Under the pieces are notes generated by a model. That model saw only the letters and a list, made by a program, of their open reading frames with translations. It was not told where the DNA came from and did no database searches. From a virus (taxonomy: Duplodnaviria; Heunggongvirae; Uroviricota; Caudoviricetes), in IMG/VR virus record IMGVR_UViG_3300031998_000001, positions 45,064-109,063 of that record: a DNA stretch of 64,000 bases; one strand, given 5' to 3'. How positions within the stretch are numbered: the first letter of the stretch is position 1; the number at the start of each line of letters is the position of its first letter. Both the position numbers and the translations under genes were made by a program. Below are positions 1 through 9,694 of the stretch, piece after piece.

Positions 1-2
1 AT

Positions 3-344
3 GTCCTTCGGGACGCTTTCTACGGGAAGAAGCCCTATATAACGGACATCAAGCCGTACCTCCGACAACTCGGCACTATGACGGAGGCGGAGATTGCGGA
101 CGGCATACGGCAGGTAAGGAAAGGAAAGATACTTTATACGGAGAGGGACGGTGTGGTCGGCTGGTACACATACTACAAGGGCGTGTACCGATATTTCGAC
201 GACTTCAACTGGAAACTCGGAGAATACGGGGTTGGTAACATCGACTGGCTGTTGAAGCACCATTTCGACATTCGGGAACTGCTTATCAACGGGCTGGCTC
301 TCCACGCCCCAGAGGGAATGTATGACAAGGAGAAGAAGATATGA
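3..344 (+). CDS. Hypothetical phage protein, 5'-truncated (KPYLRxL...HHFD family)
   Basis: Frame of ORF 78..344 is open back to the window start (…KPYLRQLGTMTEAE…IDWLLKHHFDIRELLINGLALHAPEGMY); paralog at 58182..58622. Confidence 0.7.
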   Translation, partial: VLRDAFYGKKPYITDIKPYLRQLGTMTEAEIADGIRQVRKGKILYTERDGVVGWYTYYKGVYRYFDDFNWKLGEYGVGNIDWLLKHHFDIRELLINGLALHAPEGMYDKEKKI

Positions 345-727
345 AAGGCAAGGTTGCAGTCAAGAGGAATGAAGGCGAGAACTTCACCGTGAAGGTGAGG
401 TATGACGACAATGTTGGGCGCGGGTTCATAAACTCCGTGCTTTCGGCTTGTTGCAGGAAAAGGAAGTTGTGCGCGAATGTCATAAGCGGTCAGGAGTTCG
501 TGATAACCCAGAAGTTCAGGAACGGGATAGACCTCTTCTTCGCCCTCAACGACATTATGTCGGAGAGCGCGAAGTCTGGTCGGGAGTTCAAGTGCGTGTA
601 TGTTGACGATAATGTCACATTCGGCAAGTGCGGTTACTATGAAACCGCGAAAGGTATGCTTCTCGGCTCGAAGTTTATGAGCATACGCAGGCAGGAGGAT
701 ATGGTGGGAAAATTCTTCTCGGAATGA
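341..727 (+). CDS. Hypothetical protein
   Basis: 128-aa ORF, ATGA-type overlaps with both neighbours. Confidence 0.7.
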   Translation: MKGKVAVKRNEGENFTVKVRYDDNVGRGFINSVLSACCRKRKLCANVISGQEFVITQKFRNGIDLFFALNDIMSESAKSGREFKCVYVDDNVTFGKCGYYETAKGMLLGSKFMSIRRQEDMVGKFFSE

Positions 728-927
728 GAGCGGGGGCGGTTGTCATAGCGGCTGTTGCGCTTCTCCTCTCCTTCGCGGGCTGTAGGACGGCATATACGGA
801 CGGTCTGTACCACCTTGACACATATTGCCCGTCATACGAGAAAATGCCTTATTCGGCAGATTCCCTGCTTTATTTCAGGGATGTGGTAAATGATATGTAT
901 AAATTTGAAACGGAAGATACAAAATGA
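724..927 (+). CDS. Small putative lipoprotein
   Basis: Hydrophobic N-terminus ending in lipobox-like LSFAG-C. Confidence 0.55.
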   Translation: MRAGAVVIAAVALLLSFAGCRTAYTDGLYHLDTYCPSYEKMPYSADSLLYFRDVVNDMYKFETEDTK

Positions 928-1643
928 AACTTGGAAAACCAAAAATAGAATTGCCGAGCGATATAGACAAGGAGTGCTTGGACTTGTGCAATGAACTGAA
1001 CCGACTGCCCGGGCTTGAAACATTCGACAGTTGCTGGGGGCACGGGACTTCTCCCTTTGTGGTGTTCTTCAAGTGCGACAACATTGATACGATAAGCAGG
1101 CTCGGAAGGACTGTCGATAGGCGTTATTCGGACGGTATGTGGCGCATAGAGGTTGATTCGTTGGACTTGCAGCCTCGCGGTTGCTTCGCCCTTACCGCAA
1201 GGGAGATACTCGACAGGGCTACGCTTGAAGAGTCGATAAAATCGTTCATAGAGAGCATCGACTACTGGTTCTCCGACCAGTTCGACTCATATTTTCTGGA
1301 CGACGGGCGGAAGAAGGAGAGAACACTTGACGGCTTCGACAATTTGTATATGCCGTTGCACTTGGTGCTAAAGGGCAAGTGGTACGATATGATTGTCAAC
1401 GGGGACAAGTGCGAGGAGTACAGGGACTTCACCAAACTCTACCGCAAGCGTCTGTGCCACCATTGCGACATAACGGGCGAGTTCGTGGAGTTCAAGCCCT
1501 ACACCCACATAGTGATACACAGGGGCTACACCAACACGACCGCGATATACCCGATAACAAGTATGCGGCTTGGTTTCGGCAATGCAAGGTGGGGCGCACC
1601 CGAAGACAAGAAGGTGTTTATAATCGGCTTCAGGAAGGATTAG
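924..1643 (+). CDS. Two-domain protein: N-terminal TxxSCxGH domain plus C-terminal ASCH-like domain
   Basis: LETFDSCWGHG motif; C-terminal LHLVLKGKWYDMIVNGDKCEEYR…HRGYT typical of ASCH/PUA-like domains. Confidence 0.55.
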   Translation: MKLGKPKIELPSDIDKECLDLCNELNRLPGLETFDSCWGHGTSPFVVFFKCDNIDTISRLGRTVDRRYSDGMWRIEVDSLDLQPRGCFALTAREILDRATLEESIKSFIESIDYWFSDQFDSYFLDDGRKKERTLDGFDNLYMPLHLVLKGKWYDMIVNGDKCEEYRDFTKLYRKRLCHHCDITGEFVEFKPYTHIVIHRGYTNTTAIYPITSMRLGFGNARWGAPEDKKVFIIGFRKD

Positions 1644-1646
1644 GAT

Positions 1647-2399
1647 ATGTACTACGACAGTTTTTATTACACCGACGGCTTTCCAGTGCCGTTGAAAGAA
1701 TCGGCGTTCAATGTGCTGAAGGAGCGTTGCGGGCTTGTAAGGAATGAAGTCAAGGTCGAGTTCTTTCGGCTTAACAAGGGAAGCGTTGGCAACGGTGGCG
1801 AGTGCGATGTGATTGAGGATATAAGGTACTGCACGAAGGTCTTTAAGGACGACCCCGTTGTATTCAGGGTTTTTCTTCCAGCCACTATGGAGTATTCGTT
1901 CATCCGTTATATGTTTTCGTCGAGGGACATTGACTTCGGCAAGGTTGACAGGAAGTCGCTTGAAGATGCCGTTATTAACCCAACACTCGACTTTCCGCAC
2001 GGGAAGGCAAGGCTCGGTATGATACTTGACGCTCTATATACTGGCGACTTCAAGTTGTTCCACGAGGAGGCGGACAATTACCTTGAATTTGAAATAAGGC
2101 GTTTCTTTGATACATTCCTCTTCAACTACGACTATGACAGTTTCTTTGATAACATTGCTTCCGATGTCAGGGTGTATCTCAAGTCAAAGGGCGTGAAGGA
2201 AAGCAAGTATTCGATATATTGCCATCCGAACAAGGGAGTAATCATTGAGTTCCGTGACGAGCCGTGCAATGAACGCCTGCTTGAAAGGTACTGGTTCGAC
2301 AATGTGAGGGACGACTTGCACAAGAACCCAGCCAAGTACGGCAGGAACGAGAAATATGCTGGAGCGGAAAAATTTAAGGCTGAAAAATGGGGAGATTAG
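1647..2399 (+). CDS. Hypothetical protein
   Basis: 250-aa ORF in operon upstream of gp46-like gene. Confidence 0.7.
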   Translation: MYYDSFYYTDGFPVPLKESAFNVLKERCGLVRNEVKVEFFRLNKGSVGNGGECDVIEDIRYCTKVFKDDPVVFRVFLPATMEYSFIRYMFSSRDIDFGKVDRKSLEDAVINPTLDFPHGKARLGMILDALYTGDFKLFHEEADNYLEFEIRRFFDTFLFNYDYDSFFDNIASDVRVYLKSKGVKESKYSIYCHPNKGVIIEFRDEPCNERLLERYWFDNVRDDLHKNPAKYGRNEKYAGAEKFKAEKWGD

Positions 2400-2402
2400 G
2401 AA

Positions 2403-4052
2403 ATGGAGATAAACAGGATAAGATGGAAGAATTTTGCCTCTTGGGGCAATGCTTGGAGGGAGATTGACTTCGGGCGGGAAGGCTCGCTTACGCTTCTCTG
2501 CGGTATGAACGGGAGCGGTAAGTCCTCCATAAGCAACCTCATCGTCTATATGCTGTACGGCAAACTCGAAGGCTTTACGCTTTCCGACATTGCCAACCGC
2601 ACGAACAGGCATTTCGAGGGGGAGATATATCTCACTTCGGGCGGGAAGTCCGTAGTCGTGAGAAGGGGGCTTAACCCCGCAAGTTTCAGTGTGGAGTGTG
2701 ACGGCAGGGAAATCGACACTGCTGGCAAGGCTAATGTCCAGAAGTGGCTCGACGAGGAGATATACGGCATACCGTACAATCTGTTCCGCAACTCTGTGGT
2801 GCTTTCGGTCGATACATTCAAGTCGTTCATCACGCTCACCCCGAAGGACAGGCGTGAAATCATAGACAGGCTCTTCGGCTACGAGGCGATAAACCTCGCC
2901 AGCGCGAAGGTCAAGGAGAAGGTCAAGGAGTACAAGGGCAAACTCGATGTGATTGACGGCAAGGTCACTGGCTACGAGAACTCGATTGCACAGATTGAGA
3001 AGAAGATGAAAGCCGAGGCGGAGAAGGCTGACGAGAAGCACCGAAGCGTTGACGAAATCAACGGTGACATTGCCGAGAATACGAAGCAGGAGAACAAGTA
3101 CGGTGACGCGAAGTCGAAAATCAACGGGATAATATCGAACATCAACGCGAAGATGGGGAACATATCCAACGAGCGTTACCGCATTGATGCAGACATACGG
3201 GGTTTCAAGCGTTCCCTTGAACTCTACAGGCAGGACAGGTGTCCGACCTGTGGGGCTAAACTTGACGGGGAGGAACACCTGCACCGCAAGGAACTGCTCG
3301 AAGGGAAACTTGCCGAGAACACGGAGAAGTACGATGCGCTCGGAAACGAGTATGACGCGGTAAAGGAGAAACTCCGCCTCGCCAACGAGAAGTTGAGCAA
3401 GTGCGAGAGCAGGCTCTACGAGTTGCAGGTGAAGTCAAGAAGCCTCAACCTTGAACTCGGTGCTGCGGGAAGCGCACGCAAGTCGTCCGAGAACTACTCC
3501 GATATGATTACAGAGTTGAGGGGGAACATCTCGGAGACGGAGAAGGAGAGGAAGGTCATAGAGAAGAAGGTCGAACTTCTCAACATTACGCTCGCGGTTT
3601 TCGGCGAGGGCGGCGTGAAGAAATATATAGGCAATATATACGCCCCTATGATAAACTCGTACATAAGGGAAATCGGGGAACGGCTCGGTGTCATCTACAG
3701 GATAGAGTTCGACGGCAACTACGAGTGCCGAATATTCCATCTCGGAAAGGAGGTCAACTACCGCACCCTCTCGACTGGGGAGCGGAAGAAGGCGAATGTG
3801 GCGGTCACCCTCGCATTCCTCCGTATGGTCAAGCAGAGGATAGGCAACATAAACATACTCATACTCGACGAGATATTTTCGAGCATAGACATAGTGAGCG
3901 TGAACGGTATGCTCTCTCTCATACGGGAGTATTCGAGGGAGTGGGGTGCTGACATCTGGCTCGTCCACCACGCGAACCTTGAGACTTCGGAGGTGGACAG
4001 GGTTATAGAGGTAGGCAAGGTAAACGGTTTCAGCAACTTCTTAAATTCATAG
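2403..4052 (+). CDS. SbcC/Rad50-like recombination endonuclease subunit (T4 gp46-like)
   Basis: Walker A GMNGSGKSS, coiled coil, zinc hook CPTC, ABC signature LSTGE, Walker B ILILDE. Confidence 0.93.
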   Translation: MEINRIRWKNFASWGNAWREIDFGREGSLTLLCGMNGSGKSSISNLIVYMLYGKLEGFTLSDIANRTNRHFEGEIYLTSGGKSVVVRRGLNPASFSVECDGREIDTAGKANVQKWLDEEIYGIPYNLFRNSVVLSVDTFKSFITLTPKDRREIIDRLFGYEAINLASAKVKEKVKEYKGKLDVIDGKVTGYENSIAQIEKKMKAEAEKADEKHRSVDEINGDIAENTKQENKYGDAKSKINGIISNINAKMGNISNERYRIDADIRGFKRSLELYRQDRCPTCGAKLDGEEHLHRKELLEGKLAENTEKYDALGNEYDAVKEKLRLANEKLSKCESRLYELQVKSRSLNLELGAAGSARKSSENYSDMITELRGNISETEKERKVIEKKVELLNITLAVFGEGGVKKYIGNIYAPMINSYIREIGERLGVIYRIEFDGNYECRIFHLGKEVNYRTLSTGERKKANVAVTLAFLRMVKQRIGNINILILDEIFSSIDIVSVNGMLSLIREYSREWGADIWLVHHANLETSEVDRVIEVGKVNGFSNFLNS

Positions 4053-4056
4053 CGCG

Positions 4057-4428
4057 ATGGAAAGAAAGGCAAGGATAATTTTTTACGCACTCGGTCAGAA
4101 GGTCGGGGAGGCGACAACGGACAGGGAGGCGTTCGACTTCCTGCTGGCGTGTATAAAGTCAACGGACGGTATGGCGAATACGGTTTCGTTCCATACGGGC
4201 AACGGCACGACCGAAGGCGTTTACATAGACGCTACATATTCGCAGAGGGACGATACCTGCTGCTATACGATATGCGGTTACAGCGGGGAGAGCGAGTGTG
4301 ATGTGAAGTGGGACATAATTGACTGCCACGACGACGGAAGCCTTCCGCCAGACTGGTATGTCGGAATTGTGTCGGAGAAGGCTGGCGGTGATGAGGTGGT
4401 TGTAAGGCTTGTTGAACTTAACAGTTAG
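4057..4428 (+). CDS. Hypothetical protein inserted between gp46- and gp47-like genes
   Basis: 123-aa ORF, same strand, tight spacing. Confidence 0.6.
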   Translation: MERKARIIFYALGQKVGEATTDREAFDFLLACIKSTDGMANTVSFHTGNGTTEGVYIDATYSQRDDTCCYTICGYSGESECDVKWDIIDCHDDGSLPPDWYVGIVSEKAGGDEVVVRLVELNS

Positions 4429-4432
4429 GAAA

Positions 4433-5485
4433 ATGGCAAAAATCTGGGTTATAGGCGATACGCACTTCGGTATAAGCAACAACAGCACGGAGTGGCAGAG
4501 GATACAGCAGGAGTGCTTTGACAACTGGCTCTTCCCCCTCTGGGAGAAGGAGGTCGGGGAGAATGATGTGCTTGTGCATCTGGGCGATGTGTTCGATGAC
4601 AGGCAGTCGGTCAATGTGCAGGCTATGAATATGGCTATCGGCATATTCGAGAGGCTCTCGGAGATATTTCGGGGCGGTGTTTACATACTCTGCGGAAACC
4701 ACGATATGAAGAACAACAGGAGCAACGAGGTCAACAGCCTCGCCTGCCTGAAGTACATACCCCGCGTGAACATCATAACGAAGCCTGCTGTGGTGCATAG
4801 TTTGAATAACATTAGACCGAGTATGGCGTTGCTTCCCTACACGCACGATGACGAACTGCTTAACAGGTGGGTGTCCGAACATTCGGGATGCGACTATATC
4901 TTCGCCCACGCGGAGGCTGTGGGGGCGAAGTACATAATGGGTGGCTCTACGAGCGACAGGGGCATACGCTATTCGGGGCAGGCGAAACTGATATGCGGTC
5001 ACATACACTTGCATCAGGAGACTTCGAGGGGCGTGCTTTTCGTAGGCACTCCGTACCAGTTGAACTTCGGGGACTGTGGCAACGACAGGGGGATACTCGT
5101 TATTGACGGCAAGGATATGAAGTTCATAGAGAACACCGTTTCACCGAAGTTCATCCGCGTCAAGTATTCGGAACTCTCGGAGAGGGAGAAGGACTTTGCT
5201 GGCAACTTCGTTCAGGTGTTCGTCACCAACGACGAGGCAATATCGGGCGGTGCGGAGCATACGGTCGCTAAACTCTCGGAGAGTGCTGGTGCAAGGGACA
5301 TAAGGATGACACCAGCCGATGAGGTCGGGGAGCAGGAGGTCAGCCTTGAGGTCGGCATAGGGGAGAGCGGGCTTGAACTCGAACGCATAGTCGAGGAGTA
5401 CATCGGAAGCCTCAACTATGACGACACCACGAAGGCGAATGTCCTTAAACTTTCCAAGCATTTCCTTTCTTCCGTAGCCAAGTAG
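4433..5485 (+). CDS. SbcD/Mre11-like recombination nuclease subunit (T4 gp47-like)
   Basis: Metallophosphoesterase motifs GDTH, GDVFD, GNHD, GHIH; adjacent to gp46-like gene; start taken at MAKIW. Confidence 0.92.
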   Translation: MAKIWVIGDTHFGISNNSTEWQRIQQECFDNWLFPLWEKEVGENDVLVHLGDVFDDRQSVNVQAMNMAIGIFERLSEIFRGGVYILCGNHDMKNNRSNEVNSLACLKYIPRVNIITKPAVVHSLNNIRPSMALLPYTHDDELLNRWVSEHSGCDYIFAHAEAVGAKYIMGGSTSDRGIRYSGQAKLICGHIHLHQETSRGVLFVGTPYQLNFGDCGNDRGILVIDGKDMKFIENTVSPKFIRVKYSELSEREKDFAGNFVQVFVTNDEAISGGAEHTVAKLSESAGARDIRMTPADEVGEQEVSLEVGIGESGLELERIVEEYIGSLNYDDTTKANVLKLSKHFLSSVAK

Positions 5486-5494
5486 GTGTTCAAA

Positions 5495-5514
5495 TATAAA
5501 TAAGTTATATATAA
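5495..5514 (+). promoter_or_regulatory. T4-type late promoter, extended form TATAAATAAGTTATATATAA
   Basis: TATAAATA consensus; identical 20-mer at 31278 and 45615. Confidence 0.7.
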
Positions 5515-5534
5515 CTCTTTAAATTTTTCCACCA

Positions 5535-5927
5535 ATGGTAGATGCAGGCAAATACAAGGGTATGCTTGACGCTCTCCGAGATGCGGGCGACAGGCTCATT
5601 TCGGAAAACCAGTCGCTTATGGAGTGCGGCTGGCAGGAGTTCTCGATAGGGGACAGGGTTTACTTCGGGAGAAGCACGGACAACGGCTATTCGCTCGACA
5701 GGGGTACTGTCGTGAGCATTGCCCGACACGAGACGAGGATGTGGCAGAACCCCAACCGAAGGAACAGGGATGAGAACGCATACGACATACGCAGGTACAA
5801 CATACTTACGGTGGAAACCGCCAACGGCAAGTTTGAGATAGACAGCACTTATGTCTATAAGGACAAGACCGAAGCGGTGCTCGTGCTTATGAACAATATC
5901 CTCCACAACCACTCGGAGATAAAGTGA
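5535..5927 (+). CDS. Hypothetical protein
   Basis: 130-aa ORF directly after TATAAATA. Confidence 0.7.
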   Translation: MVDAGKYKGMLDALRDAGDRLISENQSLMECGWQEFSIGDRVYFGRSTDNGYSLDRGTVVSIARHETRMWQNPNRRNRDENAYDIRRYNILTVETANGKFEIDSTYVYKDKTEAVLVLMNNILHNHSEIK

Positions 5928-6421
5928 TGGACGCACCCGACGCATACGGCATCATTGTCGGCTCTCCCGCTGTCAGCGAGAAGTGGGGGAGGCACATTAC
6001 ATTCAGGCTTATGGAGGATGGCGGAAGGGGCGTGAAGTTTCTTCCCGACGCTGGGGGGCAAGGCGTGAACTATATACACTTCTATGTACCGAAGGGCGGG
6101 TGTATTTCCGAAAGCGAACTCGGCAGGCTCTTGCAAAGCGTGGCTGGATATGTGCCTTCTGGCGGAATTGTCACTTCGCGTGGCGGGTGTACGCCCGGTG
6201 GACTTTGCGCCATAAAGCGTCTTGTGAAGTACGGCTTCGAGAAAATCGGGGAATACACTGGGTACGACCTCGACTGGTCTGAACCCCTCATCGACAGGGC
6301 TAAATATATTCGTTTCGTGAACAATCCGAAACATTACGGAGACTACCACCTGCTTGACGAGCGTGAGCAACGCCAGATGAAGAACACAGTTCCGATAATA
6401 TGGATTTTGAGGAAGATATGA
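5924..6421 (+). CDS. Hypothetical protein
   Basis: 165-aa ORF overlapping the previous stop, followed by a terminator. Confidence 0.65.
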   Translation: MMDAPDAYGIIVGSPAVSEKWGRHITFRLMEDGGRGVKFLPDAGGQGVNYIHFYVPKGGCISESELGRLLQSVAGYVPSGGIVTSRGGCTPGGLCAIKRLVKYGFEKIGEYTGYDLDWSEPLIDRAKYIRFVNNPKHYGDYHLLDEREQRQMKNTVPIIWILRKI

Positions 6422-6425
6422 TATG

Positions 6426-6453
6426 AAAGGCACTCGCTTGAGTGCCTTTTTTT
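6426..6453 (+). terminator. Intrinsic terminator
   Basis: AAAGGCACTC-GCTT-GAGTGCCTTT followed by T run. Confidence 0.85.
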
Positions 6454-6499
6454 GTATGCGGTGCTTTGCTGTCCGCCGAAATGCCCGTTCGACGAGGCG

Positions 6500-6507
6500 T
6501 ATAAATA
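6500..6507 (+). promoter_or_regulatory. T4-type late promoter TATAAATA
   Basis: Exact consensus 24 nt upstream of ATG 6532. Confidence 0.55.
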
Positions 6508-6531
6508 ATCCGAAACCAAAACATATAAGTT

Positions 6532-7266
6532 ATGTCTGAAAAGAAGGGCAACATATTGTTCGTGTGCTGCGCCGATGATACGGCTCGCGAGAACTATATT
6601 GCGGAGAACTGCTCCGATATGGTGGCAGTCCCGTTCACCGACGGTGACTATCACCTGTGCTCCAACATACTTGTTATGAACCCAGAGTACAAGCGGACAT
6701 TCAAGGATGTCCTCCGCAGTCCGAGCGATATGGTCGTAAGCACCCCGATTATAGATGTCAACATACTCGACGGGCTTTTCCTGAAGAGGGTTCTCAAAGG
6801 CTCTCACAGGTGCAGTGCGGTGGTCATATTCCCGCAGTCCGACATACCTTCGGATGTGCTGTCGAAGTACCGCCCGCCTTTCGTCGGGAACGAATTTGCG
6901 GAAATCAGGTATGTGTGCCAGCAGGCGGGCGACGGGTATGACTTCTGCAACGCCAAGTACGAGAGGGCTGTCGGACTTATCGGGGAGTACAATGACGACG
7001 ATATGCTTCGGCTGGTCAACGACTGCGTGTTTCGGGTGGCTTCCGTTCGGAACGCTGGGGCTGCTGCGTATTCCGTAGCCCCGTATCTCGTCAATACCCG
7101 CTCGGCTTGTATGAAGGATGTGATATTCGCGCAGGGCATCGTCTATTCGCTTCGGCTTTCGAGGTCGAGGGACAGCGAGATTGCGTTGCAGAGGATAAGG
7201 GACAGCATAGGGGTTCGGGCTTACAACGCCTTCGCCCTGCTCAAAATAATTTACTCGGAACTCTGA
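6532..7266 (+). CDS. Hypothetical protein
   Basis: 244-aa ORF; no motif recognised with confidence. Confidence 0.7.
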   Translation: MSEKKGNILFVCCADDTARENYIAENCSDMVAVPFTDGDYHLCSNILVMNPEYKRTFKDVLRSPSDMVVSTPIIDVNILDGLFLKRVLKGSHRCSAVVIFPQSDIPSDVLSKYRPPFVGNEFAEIRYVCQQAGDGYDFCNAKYERAVGLIGEYNDDDMLRLVNDCVFRVASVRNAGAAAYSVAPYLVNTRSACMKDVIFAQGIVYSLRLSRSRDSEIALQRIRDSIGVRAYNAFALLKIIYSEL

Positions 7267-7293
7267 AAATGTTTTTATTTTCCTATATATTAG
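7263..7293 (+). promoter_or_regulatory. Bipartite promoter-like motif CTGAAA-N14-CTATATATTAG
   Basis: One of 8 copies with identical spacing, all upstream of + strand genes. Confidence 0.65.
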
Positions 7294-7326
7294 CAATAGA
7301 TAGGAAAGAAAGGATTGGAGACAGGT

Positions 7327-8295
7327 ATGAATATATTTGTAACATCGGACTTGTGGTTCTACCGCCACAACATAATAGGCATATTCAAGCGTCCGTTCGA
7401 GGACATCGCCCATATGAACGAGGCACTCGTGGAGAGGTGGAACTGCGTGGTCGGGGAGGACGACATAGTGTTCGTCCTCGGAGGCTTCAACTACGACAGC
7501 ACGAAGTACGAGAGCCTGCTCAACTGCCTGCGCGGAAGGATAGTGCTCGTCCCTACGGCTACGGACACCCTCGTCGCCCAGCAGAATATGAACTTTATGC
7601 GCTTCACATACTCCGACATATTGTCGCCCCTGCTCAACCGCTTTGACGATGTTCCGTCAGGCGACACGCTGAAGGCACTCGAAGGTATGTGCATAAGGTT
7701 CGCCATAGAGGAGAGTTCAAAGAAACGCAAGATTTCGAGGGAGTCGCTCTCGAACCAGTTGTACGGTATGGTGCTTCGGCAGATGATTGGCTCGGACGAG
7801 GTGAACATAGAACTTGCGGATATGCTCGTCGAACTCTGTAGCGCGATAGTGTACGGGGAGGGTAATGTGAAGTCCCTCGTGGATATGCTCTCGGACAGGG
7901 TGAAGGACAAGTTTGCGGGACGCTCGGTGGGCGATACCGACATAACGCAGAAGGTTCTCGACAGGGTGAATGTGGAAAGCCCAGTCAAATACTGGGACAG
8001 GCTCGTTTCGAGCGAGGACTCGTTCACGATGAGCGAGAAGAACATAATAGAGATACCGACGGAGGGTGTCGTGTTGAGCGCATACCCCCTGCTCGACTGG
8101 AACGGGAAGGCTCACGGCACTCTGAACATACACGGTGGCACGGTGAAGTCGAACCTGTACGAAGGGCGTTTCAATGTCCGCACCGACCTGTGCGACTTCT
8201 CGCCAGTGTCGTTGCAGTCGGTAATAGACCTCAACTTGATAGTGAAAGGATACTCGGATGATAAGGAAACTGATAAGGGAAATAAAGACGCATAG
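7327..8295 (+). CDS. Degenerate calcineurin-like phosphoesterase with large internal insertion
   Basis: IFVTSDLWF…MNEALVERWNCVVGEDDIVFVLGGF and LSAYP…LNIHGG…FNVRTD match the family layout but metal ligands are substituted. Confidence 0.7.
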   Translation: MNIFVTSDLWFYRHNIIGIFKRPFEDIAHMNEALVERWNCVVGEDDIVFVLGGFNYDSTKYESLLNCLRGRIVLVPTATDTLVAQQNMNFMRFTYSDILSPLLNRFDDVPSGDTLKALEGMCIRFAIEESSKKRKISRESLSNQLYGMVLRQMIGSDEVNIELADMLVELCSAIVYGEGNVKSLVDMLSDRVKDKFAGRSVGDTDITQKVLDRVNVESPVKYWDRLVSSEDSFTMSEKNIIEIPTEGVVLSAYPLLDWNGKAHGTLNIHGGTVKSNLYEGRFNVRTDLCDFSPVSLQSVIDLNLIVKGYSDDKETDKGNKDA

Positions 8296-8698
8296 GGTTG
8301 TGCGCAAGATTTTCAAGGACAAGGACAACCTTGCCCGCCTTCACGAACTCGGTTTCGACATAGACTGGGTTGGAAGGATATACGGGGTGATAGCGGTGGA
8401 CACGGAGATACTCTACCTCCCAGAGAGGAACTGGCAGGAGCAGTATGACAAGATGGCTGCCGTTGACACATACATAAAGGATAAACTCGTAAGGCTCGTG
8501 AAGTTCTTCAACGAACTCCAGATTTCAAACCTGCTCATATATCCAGAGCAGTACGAGCAGTTCGACGGGACTAACGACTTCCTCGTGGTGCTTGAGCCAG
8601 AGCACAGTTTCTACTCACCGAAGAGGCTCGTCGTGTTCCTGTGCATACTCGGAGGTCTTGTACTCGGTGCGGGCATAACTGCGCTTATACTGGTTTAG
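8258..8698 (+). CDS. Protein with C-terminal transmembrane anchor
   Basis: C-terminal LVVFLCILGGLVLGAGITALILV. Confidence 0.65.
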   Translation: MIRKLIREIKTHRVVRKIFKDKDNLARLHELGFDIDWVGRIYGVIAVDTEILYLPERNWQEQYDKMAAVDTYIKDKLVRLVKFFNELQISNLLIYPEQYEQFDGTNDFLVVLEPEHSFYSPKRLVVFLCILGGLVLGAGITALILV

Positions 8699-8701
8699 GC
8701 T

Positions 8702-8926
8702 ATGGAGAAGGTAAGCGTAAGGTTCATATCGGATGTCATCGACGGGGACGAGGTGGTGTTCTCCGCAGGCGACACTGCTGTTATGCTCGGCGTTATGCTT
8801 GACGCTCGCGGCGTGCCGTGCGGTGCTACGGTTGACGGCAACGGGGAGGTGAGGCTCGTGCCGACAGGCATATTCAGGGTGCTTGGGTGCGGTAAGCCGA
8901 ATGTTGTGAATATGATTAACGGATAG
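8702..8926 (+). CDS. Small hypothetical protein
   Basis: 74-aa ORF in operon. Confidence 0.6.
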   Translation: MEKVSVRFISDVIDGDEVVFSAGDTAVMLGVMLDARGVPCGATVDGNGEVRLVPTGIFRVLGCGKPNVVNMING

Positions 8927-8932
8927 TCGGAA

Positions 8933-9694
8933 ATGTCGGAATACAGGCTGTATAACGGGGACTGCCTCGAAGTGATGGGTGGCTTGCCAGACAGGTCGGT
9001 TGACTGCGTGGTGTGCGACCTCCCGTATTTCGGGGTGGTGGAGTTCGACTTCGACAACCAGTGGGCTTCGCTGGACGAATATCTCGGCTGGGTGGAAATG
9101 TTGGTAGCCGAGTACGCTCGGCTCGCGAAGGACAACGCCAATGTGTTCCTCTTTACATCACGGCAGTACAACAGGCATATCTGCGCCCTGCTCGACAGGT
9201 ACTTCGACGAGAGGCGCATAATAGTCTGGTGCAGGAAGCGGGGCTTCAACACCACGAGGGGGCACGCCCTTGCAAGCGGGTACGAGCCGATATGCTACTA
9301 TTCGAGGGGCGAAGCCGTGTTCAACAACCTGAAGATAAAGCCCGACACCAAGAGGAAGGAGTACACCGAAGGTATGCTTCGAGACGGGATATGCCTCTCG
9401 GATGTCTGGTCTGACATTCCAGCCCTGCCCCACAACTCGAAGGAAAGGACATCTCACCCGACACAGAAGCCGATTGCCCTTATGGAGAGGATAGTGCTTC
9501 TCGGAAGCAACGAGGGTGATACGGTGCTCGACAACTGTATGGGAAGCGGAAGCACGGGCGTAGCCTGCGTGAACACTGGTCGGAATTTCATCGGCATAGA
9601 GGTTGACAGGCACTACTTCGGGGTTGCCGAGCAGAGGATAAGGGAGAGCGAGAGGAAATGCACCGAAGAGCAGAACAGGAGGAAACTATGGTAG
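8933..9694 (+). CDS. DNA N6-adenine/N4-cytosine methyltransferase (beta class)
   Basis: Motif IV DLPY near N-terminus, HPTQKP, motif I VLDNCMGSGSTGVA; no cognate endonuclease adjacent. Confidence 0.9.
   Translation: MSEYRLYNGDCLEVMGGLPDRSVDCVVCDLPYFGVVEFDFDNQWASLDEYLGWVEMLVAEYARLAKDNANVFLFTSRQYNRHICALLDRYFDERRIIVWCRKRGFNTTRGHALASGYEPICYYSRGEAVFNNLKIKPDTKRKEYTEGMLRDGICLSDVWSDIPALPHNSKERTSHPTQKPIALMERIVLLGSNEGDTVLDNCMGSGSTGVACVNTGRNFIGIEVDRHYFGVAEQRIRESERKCTEEQNRRKLW

Noticed and set aside
6532-7266. Possible degenerate clamp-loader (RFC/gp44-like) subunit
   Set aside because: No Walker A/B or SRC motif recognisable; resemblance too weak to call without a profile search
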